Virus record (IMG/VR): IMGVR_UViG_3300020205_002210
Location: 1-64,000 of that record
Length of the DNA stretch: 64,000 nt
Strand: one strand, 5' to 3'
Origin: a virus
A program made the translations under genes and the position numbers. Of the stretch, positions 8,254 to 20,000 are shown in pieces. Positions within the stretch are counted from its first letter, which is position 1. Each line of letters opens with the position of its first letter. The notes below the pieces were generated by a model. It was not told where the DNA came from and did not search any database. It worked only from the letters and a program-made list of their open reading frames with translations.

Positions 8254-9057
8254 ATGACAACTGTAAATAATGCTTCCGGAATTTATGCATCTTTGGGTTA
8301 CAACTTTGATGATCCCAATGATGCTATAACCACACTTTCAGCCGACACGCAAGCCCACTTGAATACTATGCCGGCCTTTATCACCACATGGCAGGCACAA
8401 GACATTGCTAACAATGATGTTGGTGGTTATTATCAGAATCCGATGCAGACTAGTGCAATGTTGGTGAGAACAGCAGCAATAGAGTTATTTACTTTAGCGA
8501 ATGGTGTGATAAATTTAGCAAATGTGGCTAATACTTCATGGGCACTATCAAATACCGCAAATTCATTCCTAGCACATACTAATAGAATTTCGGGTGTAAC
8601 AGCATTTGCAGGTGACAATACAGTACCACATTTAGATATGGCTATGAGTGCTGGTAAAACTGCACTGTATATTACAAATCAAACTGATGGCATAATTGAC
8701 ACCTCTCCAATTTTAGGAAGTTTCACCAGCCTTTTTATTAAACCACAATTGGATGCAAATACACAAACATTGATACAAATCATATCAAATTTGAATATAG
8801 CGAACACAATCTCAAACACACAACCATACACATCGAATCTGGCCGGCTCGCTTGCACAGAACGTAAATTCTTTTATGGCTCAAATCAATACTTTTATGAC
8901 TTATAGACAAACTAGTGATGTATCATACTATCAAAACTTGACGGCATTCATTGAAAAGTACAATCAAACGAAGAAGTTCAATAGTATGGGTCAGTCGGAG
9001 AACTATCTTGTGATGAATTACATCGGTACCGACAAACTAAAGACTAGAATCTCATAA
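8254..9057 (+). CDS. Hypothetical protein in the spike module
   Basis: 267-aa ORF closely following gp5C; no family recognised. Confidence 0.7.
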   Translation: MTTVNNASGIYASLGYNFDDPNDAITTLSADTQAHLNTMPAFITTWQAQDIANNDVGGYYQNPMQTSAMLVRTAAIELFTLANGVINLANVANTSWALSNTANSFLAHTNRISGVTAFAGDNTVPHLDMAMSAGKTALYITNQTDGIIDTSPILGSFTSLFIKPQLDANTQTLIQIISNLNIANTISNTQPYTSNLAGSLAQNVNSFMAQINTFMTYRQTSDVSYYQNLTAFIEKYNQTKKFNSMGQSENYLVMNYIGTDKLKTRIS

Positions 9058-9142
9058 TTGCCGAAATTTTCGAAATTTTCGTTCCGGCCTAAGAATTTTT
9101 TGCGAGAGCTTCAAAAGTTCAATAAAGCGCTTTACTCCTACA

Positions 9143-9150
9143 CATAAATA
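9143..9150 (+). promoter_or_regulatory. Late promoter CATAAATA, 4 nt before the gp25 ATG
   Basis: cataaata-aaag-ATG. Confidence 0.65.
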
Positions 9151-9154
9151 AAAG

Positions 9155-9547
9155 ATGGCAACATTACAAAAGATTTATTCGGACATAGATTTCACACTCG
9201 CAAAGAGACCTGCGGTGGGTGATATTGCTTTGAGTTATGATTCCCAAGCAATTATACGTTCAATAAGAAATATATTACTCACAAAGAGGTATGAAAAGTT
9301 GTTCGATCCACAGTTTGGGTCAAATATAGACGCTTTGTTGTTTGAAAACATATCTAGCATTACAGCTTCTGCTTTAGAAAAAGAAATTTCTTTTGCACTG
9401 ACGAATTATGAACCTAGGGTGAGTATTCAAAGTGTTGTTGTTTCGTCTTTTCCAGAAAAAAATGGTTACAGTGTGACTTTAACTTTTTACCTGATAAATG
9501 CAACGCAACCAACTACAGTAACAGTCTTTTTAGAGAGAAACAGATAA
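9155..9547 (+). CDS. gp25: Baseplate wedge subunit
   Basis: YSDIDFT, SIRNILLT...FDPQFGS, NYEPRV. Confidence 0.9.
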   Translation: MATLQKIYSDIDFTLAKRPAVGDIALSYDSQAIIRSIRNILLTKRYEKLFDPQFGSNIDALLFENISSITASALEKEISFALTNYEPRVSIQSVVVSSFPEKNGYSVTLTFYLINATQPTTVTVFLERNR

Positions 9548-9548
9548 A

Positions 9549-11627
9549 ATGGCAGGTGCTAATTCAAATTTCAACATAACCGAACTTGATTTTAATAATA
9601 TTAAAACCAGTTTGAAGAATTATATGAAGGACAATGGCGTTCTTCAAGACTATAATTATGAAGGCTCTGCAATATCCACACTGTTGGATGTTTTGGCGTA
9701 CAATACTCAATACAATGCTTACTATTTAAATATGGTGGCTAATGAGATGTTTTTGGACACCGCACTACAAAGAAATTCTGTGGTTTCACAAGCAAAACTG
9801 TTGAATTACATACCAAAATCTGCACTTGCACCATCTGCAAGCATCAATATAAGAGTAAATGGAGTTACAGATACATCTCTGACATTACCAAAATATACAA
9901 ACTTTTTATCTGAAGCCATCGATGGTGTGAATTATAATTTTGTTAACACAGACGCAACTACAGTGAATGTTGTAAACGGTGTTGCAAATTTTACAGACAT
10001 AACACTAAAAGAAGGTGCGGCCAGTAACTATTCTTATTTGGTTGATGGTGGAAACACTACACAAAAATTTAAATTACCTGAACTGAATGTAGATACAACC
10101 ACATTGTTGGTTTCTGTACAAGAATCAACTTCAAACAATTACACCAGAACATTCAACTCAGCAACAAATTATCTCACATTAAATAACTCTTCTGAAGTAT
10201 ATTTTCTACAAGAGGGTATGAATGGTTACTATGAAATATACTTTGGTAACAATATTATAGGTAAAAAATTAAATGACGGTAACATCGTAAGAGTTTCGTA
10301 CATTACAACCGGAGGAACAAACGCATCTGGTGCAAACAATTTCGTATTGATGGATACAATAAATGGTTATTCAAATACGGTTTTGACACCTATAACCTCT
10401 GCTTCTCAAGGTGCATTAAGAGAAACACTGGATTCTATTCGTTTCCAGGCACCAAAATCATATTCAGCACAAGGTCGTGCTGTTACTAAAGATGATTATG
10501 TTACCGCAATTCAACAGAATAATTTAGGTTATTCATTCGATGCGGTAAATGTTTGGGGTGGGCAAGAGAATGATCCTCCAGTTTACGGGCAAGTGTTTGT
10601 GAGTATGAAACCAACCGGTGCATACACAATGACACAAAACCAGAAAGTTAAATTAATCAAAGATGTTCTTAAACCAATATCTATGATGACAATAGAACCA
10701 ACTATTGTTGATCCAGACTATACATACATTCAAATAACTGCAAATGTGTTATATGATCCTAAAAAGACAACATCAACTGCAGCACAAATTAAATCTGCGG
10801 TAAGAACAACCATCAATAACTTTGCAAAAACAACTCTGAATACATTCAACTCAACATTTAAGTCTTCGGAGTTTAACAACAGAATTAATTTGGTAGATTC
10901 ATCTATCATAACAAATGAAATTTCTATACGCCTACAAAAGAAATTTTATCCAAATCTAAGTACACCAACAACATACAAACTATATTACGGCGCACCTTTG
11001 GCCAAAGGTATGTTTTTAAGTGGTATATTAAGTTCTCCAACCATTGTGTATAGAAATCCACTAAACTTGGCACAAACTATTGAAGGTTTGTACATTGAAG
11101 AAGTTCCTTCCTCAACAGGCGGCATTGAAAGTATCACTATCACTAATCCTGGTTACGGTTATCAGTATCCACCAACAATTGAAATATTAGGTGATGGTAC
11201 TGGTGCAACGGCAGAGGCAGTGATTACAACCAATGGTGTTATTAGGTCAATAAATGTATTAACTCCAGGTAAAAACTACACATCAGCTATCATCAAGATT
11301 ACAAATTCAAGCGGAGACACCACAGGTTCTCTTGCGGCTGCGACTGCATCACTTGAAGGTCGTTATGGTACACTAAGAACATACTTCAACGACACACTAA
11401 ATGTGAAAACTATTTTCAATAGTAATGTAGGTACAGTTGACTATAACTTGGGTGTAGTCACACTGAATGCACTCTCTCCAATAAATGTTGATAATGAATT
11501 AGGACAATTAACTCTGTCTGCTAATCCAACATCAACAATTGTGTCATCATCTTTCAACAGAATAATTACAGTTGATGAGTTTGATCCACAGGCTATCATT
11601 GTAAATGTAACTGCTAAAACAACATGA
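9549..11627 (+). CDS. gp6: Baseplate wedge subunit
   Basis: ELDFNNIKTSLKNY, DYNYEGSAISTLLDVLAYNT, EMFLDTA, QGRAVTKDDY, VWGGQENDPPVYGQVF. Confidence 0.92.
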   Translation: MAGANSNFNITELDFNNIKTSLKNYMKDNGVLQDYNYEGSAISTLLDVLAYNTQYNAYYLNMVANEMFLDTALQRNSVVSQAKLLNYIPKSALAPSASINIRVNGVTDTSLTLPKYTNFLSEAIDGVNYNFVNTDATTVNVVNGVANFTDITLKEGAASNYSYLVDGGNTTQKFKLPELNVDTTTLLVSVQESTSNNYTRTFNSATNYLTLNNSSEVYFLQEGMNGYYEIYFGNNIIGKKLNDGNIVRVSYITTGGTNASGANNFVLMDTINGYSNTVLTPITSASQGALRETLDSIRFQAPKSYSAQGRAVTKDDYVTAIQQNNLGYSFDAVNVWGGQENDPPVYGQVFVSMKPTGAYTMTQNQKVKLIKDVLKPISMMTIEPTIVDPDYTYIQITANVLYDPKKTTSTAAQIKSAVRTTINNFAKTTLNTFNSTFKSSEFNNRINLVDSSIITNEISIRLQKKFYPNLSTPTTYKLYYGAPLAKGMFLSGILSSPTIVYRNPLNLAQTIEGLYIEEVPSSTGGIESITITNPGYGYQYPPTIEILGDGTGATAEAVITTNGVIRSINVLTPGKNYTSAIIKITNSSGDTTGSLAAATASLEGRYGTLRTYFNDTLNVKTIFNSNVGTVDYNLGVVTLNALSPINVDNELGQLTLSANPTSTIVSSSFNRIITVDEFDPQAIIVNVTAKTT

Positions 11628-14600
11628 TAGAAACCGGACACTTAACCTCCGCACTGGTGCAGAATCAGTTACCGGAACACATTCGGGATAATCCGGAGTA
11701 CAGTAATTTCCATGAGTTCCTACAAGCATATTACCAATGGATGGAACAAACAGGTAAGGTTTCGGATAGGTCACAAAATTTATTAAATTATAAAGACATT
11801 GATTCTACAACGAATGAATTTCTGGACTATTTTACAAACGAATTTCTGCCATTTTTTCCAAAAGATACTCTATTAAGTAAACAGGAATCTATTAAAGTTG
11901 CAAGACAATTGTACCAAACAAAGGGTACACCAGCATCTTATGAGTTTCTCTTTCGTATACTATTCAACTCCGAGTTTGAAGTTTTCAATACAAAAGATGC
12001 GGTGTTTAAGGCCTCAGCTGGAACATGGTACATTGCCAAAAGTTTAAAGTTAGCTTCAAGTAACAGAAAATTCTTAGATACACAAAATCTAAGAGTCTTT
12101 GGTGAAGAATCTAAATCAATCGCAACGATTGAAAGTTGTGTATTATCTGGCGAGAAAACCGAAATCTTCATTTCAAATATCGAAAGACTATTTGAGTCTG
12201 GTGAATTTGTTCGTATTGTTGACAGCAATAACCAAGATGTTTTATTTGACGGTGAAGTACTGAGAGCTAAAGTTGTTGGACAAATTAGTCAGATTAAAAT
12301 TGATACTGTTCGTAGAGGTTCACTATACCAACCAGGTGATCCTGTTGTTGTTTATGGTGGCATAGAAGATCCTGTAAATGGTATTGGCGCATCAGCTATT
12401 GTTCGTGATACAACCAAAGGATCAATACAGCGTATCAATGTTGTTGAGGGTGGTTTTGGTTATAGTTTAAAACCAAATACAACGATAAGTATATTGAATG
12501 CTAGTGGTGCTAAGGCCAATGTTGGTTCTCTGGCATATTTCCTACCTCCATCATACAGAATTGTCAGTGCCGGCCAAGGTTATAAAATAAATGATAGAAT
12601 AAATTATGATGATGCAGCATTCGCATATGTTTCTGGTGTAAGTGCTAATGGATCAATCACAAGTATAAAATATGTTCCTTCCGTAAATGCACAAGCGATT
12701 GTTGGACTCACTGGTGTTGTAGTATCTTCAAATGCTTTGGCATCAGGTGCTGTTATAACAACATCATCAGCTGTAGGTAATGCAAGGTCTAATGTGAGTT
12801 TTCTACCAACGGATGTTATTGGTTTTAAAAGTAATACTATACTAAGCAATGCTAATTTCTTTTTTGCCAATTTAGCCAGTGCAAATGCAAACACAAGACT
12901 CATTGAGGCTTTCTCTTTCAGAACACTTGAAACCGCACCAATCTTTAACATAGTTGTAGAGAATGGCGGCGGCGGATTAGCAACTATACCAGAGATTGAA
13001 GTCACATCAACATATTACACCGAAGATGTAAATAATCTGTATGAAGCTTCAAACTCAGACATTGCGCCGTTAGGTATATTAGCTCCAGTGCAGGTAATCC
13101 GAAGTGGTGGTGGATATGCAGCCAATGATAAGATTGTGTTTACTGGTGGATCTGGCACAGGTGCATTTGCAAATGTGACCTCGGTTGGTTCCAATGGTGC
13201 CATCACCGGTATAACCTATGTGTTTAATTCATTGGATCAGTTTGCAAAAACGCCACTAGGTGGTATGGGTTATAAGAATGAATATCTACCAACGGCAACT
13301 GTAGTTTCATCAAATGCTTCTGCATCTGGAGCAGTACTATCGGTACCAGGTATATTAGGAACCGGTGCAACATTCTCCTTGGTTGTTGATAGAGTTGGTT
13401 CTATCACAACAATCGAGGTTTTAAATTATGGTGAAGATTATGAAGCTAAACCACAAGTTTCGTTGCAAGTACAGGACATAGTAGTTTCAAATGTTGCAAT
13501 TCAAAACTTGCCAATTAAAGGTGAATACATCTATCAGGGTCCTACTATCAATCTGTCTTCATATACAGCTGTAGTTAATTCTGTTTCTCTTTTGGCACCT
13601 GATGCAAACACACAGTTATCATTATACAATCTTCAAGTGTTTAATTATAATGCAAATCCGAATCCAGATTTACAACTGAAAATTTTGGGTGACGATAGAA
13701 ACATCAACTTGAAGATGGCCAACACGGCTTTCCCACAATTCCAAAAATCGTATCGATATTTTGATTCATTGGGCAATCAAACAATTTTTACAAGAGACTA
13801 TAACAAACAAGGTTACATCTCTTATGGTGATGGTTCAGCCAAGGCAAATGCAACCTTCTTAAATGGTCTTGTGATTGGTGATGGTCAATATCTAACGACT
13901 CAGGGACAACCAAGTTCGTTTGACATTATGCAGGACAAAAGATTCAACAACTTCACATACTTGATTACTGTTGAGAAAGAAATTGCAAAGTATAAAGATG
14001 TTCTACTAGGACTATTGCACCCATTAGGCACAAATGTCTTAGGTCGTTATGGTTTAAAATCGAATAATAGTGTAGATTACCATACATATTCAGCACTAAA
14101 TGATGGAAGAAACTTATCTTATCACCTTGGCGGAGATGTTTCTAATGCTGTGAGCATTGTGACAACATTTACAAATAGAAGCAACAACATAATTAAATTC
14201 AACAATTTGTTGGGTGCAAACCTGGCGAACATATTCACTGCAAATGTGAGTTCGATTCAAATTTCCACAAAAAATGGTCCGAATGTTTACTCTGAGGTTG
14301 TTTCTGTTAGTACTGCTGCAAACACAATCACTCTTGCGAGTAATGTATGGTTGACATATTCAAATGTTGCCACAGTTACAGGCAATACTGGTTCCAATAC
14401 ACTAAATATTACATCGTTAACAGGTCTATATGACTTGATGAACAACGGACAATATACAGATGCAGATTATCCAATAAGAGATATTGTTTTTGTGGGTGAC
14501 TCGGTTCTAGTTGATAATAATACAAGCAAAATTGTTAACCAGATTGATTATGTGAATGGTAAAATATACTTAACAGCCAATTTATCATCAACTACAAATT

Positions 14601-14761
14601 CGTATCTACAAGTTATCAGAAACTTTATTGCAAACAGTTCAACATCATCAAGTCAAATTAAGGTATATGGATCGGTTGGTCTATCATATATACCAGAACT
14701 CATCACACAGTCCGGACAAACTTTAAAAACAGAAGACGGAAAACTAATCCTATTGGGGTAA
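11624..14761 (+). CDS. gp7: Baseplate wedge initiator (gp7-like)
   Basis: QLPEHIRD...EFLQAYYQWME, LYQTKGTPASYEFLFRILFN, YLITVEKEIAKY...LLHPLG; between gp6 and gp8. Confidence 0.75.
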   Translation: MIETGHLTSALVQNQLPEHIRDNPEYSNFHEFLQAYYQWMEQTGKVSDRSQNLLNYKDIDSTTNEFLDYFTNEFLPFFPKDTLLSKQESIKVARQLYQTKGTPASYEFLFRILFNSEFEVFNTKDAVFKASAGTWYIAKSLKLASSNRKFLDTQNLRVFGEESKSIATIESCVLSGEKTEIFISNIERLFESGEFVRIVDSNNQDVLFDGEVLRAKVVGQISQIKIDTVRRGSLYQPGDPVVVYGGIEDPVNGIGASAIVRDTTKGSIQRINVVEGGFGYSLKPNTTISILNASGAKANVGSLAYFLPPSYRIVSAGQGYKINDRINYDDAAFAYVSGVSANGSITSIKYVPSVNAQAIVGLTGVVVSSNALASGAVITTSSAVGNARSNVSFLPTDVIGFKSNTILSNANFFFANLASANANTRLIEAFSFRTLETAPIFNIVVENGGGGLATIPEIEVTSTYYTEDVNNLYEASNSDIAPLGILAPVQVIRSGGGYAANDKIVFTGGSGTGAFANVTSVGSNGAITGITYVFNSLDQFAKTPLGGMGYKNEYLPTATVVSSNASASGAVLSVPGILGTGATFSLVVDRVGSITTIEVLNYGEDYEAKPQVSLQVQDIVVSNVAIQNLPIKGEYIYQGPTINLSSYTAVVNSVSLLAPDANTQLSLYNLQVFNYNANPNPDLQLKILGDDRNINLKMANTAFPQFQKSYRYFDSLGNQTIFTRDYNKQGYISYGDGSAKANATFLNGLVIGDGQYLTTQGQPSSFDIMQDKRFNNFTYLITVEKEIAKYKDVLLGLLHPLGTNVLGRYGLKSNNSVDYHTYSALNDGRNLSYHLGGDVSNAVSIVTTFTNRSNNIIKFNNLLGANLANIFTANVSSIQISTKNGPNVYSEVVSVSTAANTITLASNVWLTYSNVATVTGNTGSNTLNITSLTGLYDLMNNGQYTDADYPIRDIVFVGDSVLVDNNTSKIVNQIDYVNGKIYLTANLSSTTNSYLQVIRNFIANSSTSSSQIKVYGSVGLSYIPELITQSGQTLKTEDGKLILLG

Positions 14762-14764
14762 ACA

Positions 14765-15703
14765 ATGTCAACAGTAAAAATTTCGCAACTACCAAATCTA
14801 ATTAACTTAGATGCAAACACATCAAATACAATATTGATTGGTGTGAATGTTTCATCTTGTGTCACCTCACAATTTACCATACAAACCTTATCAGCAAGGC
14901 TCTATGCCAACAACACATTAAATGTTGGTAATATTATCTTTACTGACGGCACTTCCCAAAATACTTCTTCACTATCAGCTCGGGTGTATGCAAATGGTGC
15001 TTTCATTCAGTCTAATGCTGCATTCTTACAGGCAAATACCACATCAGGTGTTGCAAACTCAGCCGCATTGTATGCCAACGCAGCATTCTTACAAGCCAAT
15101 ACACCATCGTCAACAGCAAACTCAGCAGCACTCTATGCCAATAGTGCATTCATTAAAGCCAATACACCACCAGCAATTGCAAATTCAGCCGCACTATATG
15201 CGAATGCCGCTTTCATACAAGCTAATACACCACCAGCAATAGCAAACTCTGCGGCATTGTATGCCAATGGTTCATTTATACAGGCCAATGCAGCATTTAT
15301 TAAAGCAAACAATGCATTAGCAAATACAACAGGTCTGCTTGCTGGTAATCTAACTATCACCGGTACTACTACTGCACAAAAAGGTTTTGTATACGCAACA
15401 AAAGTATTTCCTGGCGCACAGACTGCTATAACCATCGATATAACAAATGATTCGGTGGTGAGAGCACAAACCGCAGCAGGTTTAACAGTAACAGTATCGA
15501 ATTTATTATCCGGTAAAGAAGTTTCTCTCTGGATAACAAACACATCAGGTAGTAATCAAACATTTACACACGGTTTACCAGCAATACAATCAACCGCCAA
15601 CGCAACAACATATGCTATTCCATCCACATCAACAATCTGTGCAAAATATATGTGTTTTGATGAAACATCTCAGAATAGTTTCGTATCCATTATACGCGCA
15701 TAA
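14765..15703 (+). CDS. Short fibre-like structural protein with ANSAALYANAAF repeats
   Basis: N-terminal KISQLP motif, ~21-aa tandem repeats (TPPAIANSAALYANAAFIQAN) and a C-terminal beta domain. Confidence 0.6.
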   Translation: MSTVKISQLPNLINLDANTSNTILIGVNVSSCVTSQFTIQTLSARLYANNTLNVGNIIFTDGTSQNTSSLSARVYANGAFIQSNAAFLQANTTSGVANSAALYANAAFLQANTPSSTANSAALYANSAFIKANTPPAIANSAALYANAAFIQANTPPAIANSAALYANGSFIQANAAFIKANNALANTTGLLAGNLTITGTTTAQKGFVYATKVFPGAQTAITIDITNDSVVRAQTAAGLTVTVSNLLSGKEVSLWITNTSGSNQTFTHGLPAIQSTANATTYAIPSTSTICAKYMCFDETSQNSFVSIIRA

Positions 15704-15709
15704 TAAATA
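15703..15709 (+). promoter_or_regulatory. Late promoter ATAAATA, 4 nt before the gp8 ATG
   Basis: ataaata-aacc-ATG. Confidence 0.6.
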
Positions 15710-15713
15710 AACC

Positions 15714-17081
15714 ATGGCAAATAAAAACATACTCACAAATAACGCAAAAGTCTCACAGATAGACTTGTTGTATTACGCACCAGTGGCCGTGGTGCCACCT
15801 GCAATTACAACACCTATCAATTCTTTCTATTGCTTTCTGTCTAAGCCAACACCTTGGGCAAACGATGCTGAACCAACAACACCCAGTGCCGATTTAAAAT
15901 CAATCAAACAAATCTACAAAAATATATTTGTTGCAAAGCAAATTAAAACAAGTGACATTTCTCCAATCATACAGCGCATTGACTGGACAGCAAATGAAAC
16001 TTATGATTATTTTCAAGATGACGTTGACATGACAGCAAAAGACGCTAATGGTTATTTGGTGAAACACTTCTATGTGAAGAACAAATACGACCAAATATTC
16101 AAATGTTTGTGGAATAACAAAGGTAATCCATCGACACGCGAACCATATTTTGAACCAGGAACATATTCAACAAACAGAATATTTCAAGGAGATGATGGTT
16201 ATAAATGGAAATTTATGTATACCATTGACACCGGATTAAAGTTGAAGTTTATGGACAGAGAATGGATTCCAGTACAGACTGGATCGAACACACCAAACCC
16301 ACTTATTACGACAGCTGGTGCAGGAAGTATTGATGTTATCAATGTAGAAAATGGTGGTAGTGGTTTCGACACCGTTAATGCTGTTGTGTATGTGACTATA
16401 ACAGGTGATGGCACCGGCGCATTGGCATCAGCTAATGTAAGTGCTAATGGTATTGTACAAGATATCATCGTCAACAGTCCAGGTGGCAATTACACATTTG
16501 CAAACGTATCTGTTACCTCCACAATTGGTGGTAATTGTGTAGTCTCAACTTCAACATCACCTGTTGGTGGCCACGGATTCGATCCAATATCAGAGTTGGG
16601 CTGTGGGCATGTTATGATGACAGCACAGTTTGATGGTGATGAAAACAATTTTGTACCGACCGATATTGATTATCATCAGGTTGGTATATTGGTCAACCCA
16701 ACAACAAGACAATACAATCCAAATCCAGCCAATGGAAGTATATACAGTGCAACCACAAATATTGTTGTTGCTCCCGGAACAGAAGGCTATGTACCGGACG
16801 AGTTTGTATATCAAGGATCGTTAAGTGATCCATCTTTTTATGCTACAGTTTTGAGTTTTAATACCGAGTCCAACCTAATTAGGTTGATAAATACAACGGG
16901 AACTCCGTCAAATAACAGTCCAATATTTGGACAAACATCCAAAACAACAAGAACACTATTGTCTTACAGTATACCAAACTTTGCAGTACACTCAGGTTAC
17001 ATGATCTATATTGAAAATCGTTCAGGTGTACAGAGAAGTGTTGATGGCATAGAACAATTCAGATTCGTATTAGGTTTCTAA
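15714..17081 (+). CDS. gp8: Baseplate wedge subunit
   Basis: RIDWTANETYDY, FYVKNKYDQIFKCLWN, GDDGYKWKFMY, GHGFDPISELG, IYIENR. Confidence 0.88.
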   Translation: MANKNILTNNAKVSQIDLLYYAPVAVVPPAITTPINSFYCFLSKPTPWANDAEPTTPSADLKSIKQIYKNIFVAKQIKTSDISPIIQRIDWTANETYDYFQDDVDMTAKDANGYLVKHFYVKNKYDQIFKCLWNNKGNPSTREPYFEPGTYSTNRIFQGDDGYKWKFMYTIDTGLKLKFMDREWIPVQTGSNTPNPLITTAGAGSIDVINVENGGSGFDTVNAVVYVTITGDGTGALASANVSANGIVQDIIVNSPGGNYTFANVSVTSTIGGNCVVSTSTSPVGGHGFDPISELGCGHVMMTAQFDGDENNFVPTDIDYHQVGILVNPTTRQYNPNPANGSIYSATTNIVVAPGTEGYVPDEFVYQGSLSDPSFYATVLSFNTESNLIRLINTTGTPSNNSPIFGQTSKTTRTLLSYSIPNFAVHSGYMIYIENRSGVQRSVDGIEQFRFVLGF

Positions 17082-17090
17082 GGAAAAAAA

Positions 17091-20000
17091 ATGGCTTTAA
17101 ATTTTAATGTTGATCCTTATTATGATGACTTTGATGGAGCAAAAAACTTCCATCGAGTGTTATTTAAACCTGGTGTTGCGGTACAAGCAAGAGAATTGAC
17201 TCAAGCACAAACGATTTTACAAAATCAAATCACCAGTTTTGCGGACAACATATTCAAACAGAATTCTCCAGTTTCTGGAGGTCAAGTTACAACCGATTTT
17301 AATGTATATTATGTTAAAATACAACCCACATTTAACAGTGTCAACATTGATGTTGAACAATTACAAAATAAATTATTGCGTAATGCTGATGGAACAGTTG
17401 TTGCAAGAGTACTCACAACAGCTGTAGCAACAGGTACAGCCGGCGAAGGTGATCCACCAACACTAATCGTTACTTATAAAACAGGTACACAATTTGCAGA
17501 TAATGATGTTATCTATGATTCAAATTCAAACTTAACCTGTCAGGCAATACCTAGTGCGGCTACAGGATCATCTTCTGTCGTTTCAATTTCACAAGGTGTT
17601 TTCTACATCTTGGGTAATTTTGTACAAGTTTCACCACAAACAATCATACTAGACAAGTATGATAACACACCATCGAAGCGTGTTGGTTTGGAAATTACCG
17701 AAACAGTTTTTGATTATGCAAATGATAACTCATTATTAGATCCAGCTGTAGGTGCATCCAACTATCAGGCACCAGGTGCAGATCGTTATGTAATTAGCTT
17801 ACAACTCTCTTCAAGACCACTCTATTTTGGTGACGATGACCTATTCATTGAATTGGTTCGTGTTGAAGATGGCAGTGTATACAAAATGGTTGACGGCTCT
17901 GTCTATGCAACTATCGATGACTACTTTGCAAAAAGAGATTATGAAACCAATGGTGATTATGTTGTTGAAGATTTCAGATTCACGCCAAAAACTTATGCTG
18001 GAGAACCCAATAAGTATTTGATGAATGTTGGCCGAGGTTTGGCTTATGTTCGTGGGCACCGTGTGGAAAATCCATCACCAATCAACATCATTTCCAACAG
18101 AGCAAGAACATCAGCAACACAAAATAATGAACCAGCTTTCATAGATTTTGGTAGTTACTTTTTGGTAAGTAATGTTGCCGGTTCAGGAACATCAACCTTC
18201 CCAGTCACAACAGCCAACACCGTGGATTTCCATTGTGTTAGTCAATCGAACATCAATACAGCAAATGCAACCACATACAACTCAACATTAGTTGCTACTG
18301 CTTACATTCGTGGATTACAATTTGATAGCAGCCCAACAAATGGACAATCAAACACATACATCTACAAAGCTCAAGTATATGATATTCAAAACAAATCAAT
18401 AACCGCCAACGTAGCCTCAGCAAACTCAATATCAGTAACACTACCAATGGTTAATGGGCAAACATCATCTGTTGATGGTGCGTATGTTGGTGTTGACATT
18501 GTAATTACCAGAGGTACAAATGCTGGTGAGTCTAGAACAATTGCAACATATAATGGAACAACCAGAGTAGCAACACTCAATCAATCTTGGAGCATAACAC
18601 CAGACACAACTTCTGTGTATGTTTTAAATTTTGATACGCCAGATATTGAAACTATGGCATTTGTAAATAAAACTTCATACCCAGCTACAGTAATTGCTAG
18701 TGCAAAAATTGATACCACAGGTAAAGTTGGTAATGTTGTAGCGGGTGATACAATATTTCAAAATCCTAATGTGCCAGAGATGATTTACCCAATCGGTAAT
18801 CCATATGTTTCTAGTATATCTTCACCATCGTATACAACACACCAAGAAATAACAGGTGTGAACTTTAATGTTTCTGGTAGTACCCTATCAGCATCATTAG
18901 CTTACACCGGAAGTTATGCAGGCGTCATCAAGCATTTAGGTAATGAAGGCACAACACTTTCATCCGATGTTGTCGAACAGTGTTACACAATCATCGTTAC
19001 AGATAAACAATCTAATGCAAGTGTACAAGATGGCCAGATTATTCCTTGGACAATAAATTCAAGAAGTGTTTCATTAAATAATGATGGTTCAGTTGCAACA
19101 TTTAGTACAGCAACTTCTGACCTGTCAGCCTTCACTGCGACAATTATTGCCAAAGTGTTTGTTACAGATGCAACTAATACAAGTCACATTTTAAGAATAA
19201 AGAACTTGGTGGTTGCAAACTCAAACACAGCAATCAGTAACACTTCAGGTACACAAGTTAACACCAACACATTTGTTGATGATTCTGCAACATCTACAGG
19301 TCAAGTCTATATCAGAGCTGCAGGTGTGTTAACACCTGGACAAACACAATCTTTGTATCTATCCGATGTTAAACGCATTGTTAAAATTATAGACACCAAA
19401 GCGTCAGGCACTGTGCCTACGGTTGCAATGTTAACCAATAGTTCGTATGATGTTACAAACAGATACACGTTTGACAACGGACAAAGAGATAGTTATTACG
19501 ATCATGCTTCTATCACTTTGCGACCTGGTGCAACGAAACCTATTGGCAATTTACTTGTGTTATTAGATTACTACAAACACACCGGCGGCGATGGTTACTT
19601 TAGTAAAATGTCATACATAGATAACTCAAGCTCACCTGAAGATTACAAAGAAATTCCTTCACACACAAGTAAATATGGTGCCACATATGAATTGAGAGAT
19701 TGTCTCGACTTTAGACCTGCTCGATTGAATGCACAGACCAACTTCGTGTTTCGTTATTCTAATCCAGGATCCACCAGAATGGGTGTATTGCAACCAGTAG
19801 ATTTGAGCACCTTTGTTTGTGACTATTCTTTCTATCTTGGTCGTAAAGATAAATTGGTTCTAACTAAAGATAAGTCATTACAAATTGTTGAAGGTTCACC
19901 ATCAATTAATCCTCTTGCACCAAATGAACCTGATGGTTCTTTAGTATTGGCAAACATAACACATAGTCCATATACTGGTTACCTACCAACAGAGTTGCCA

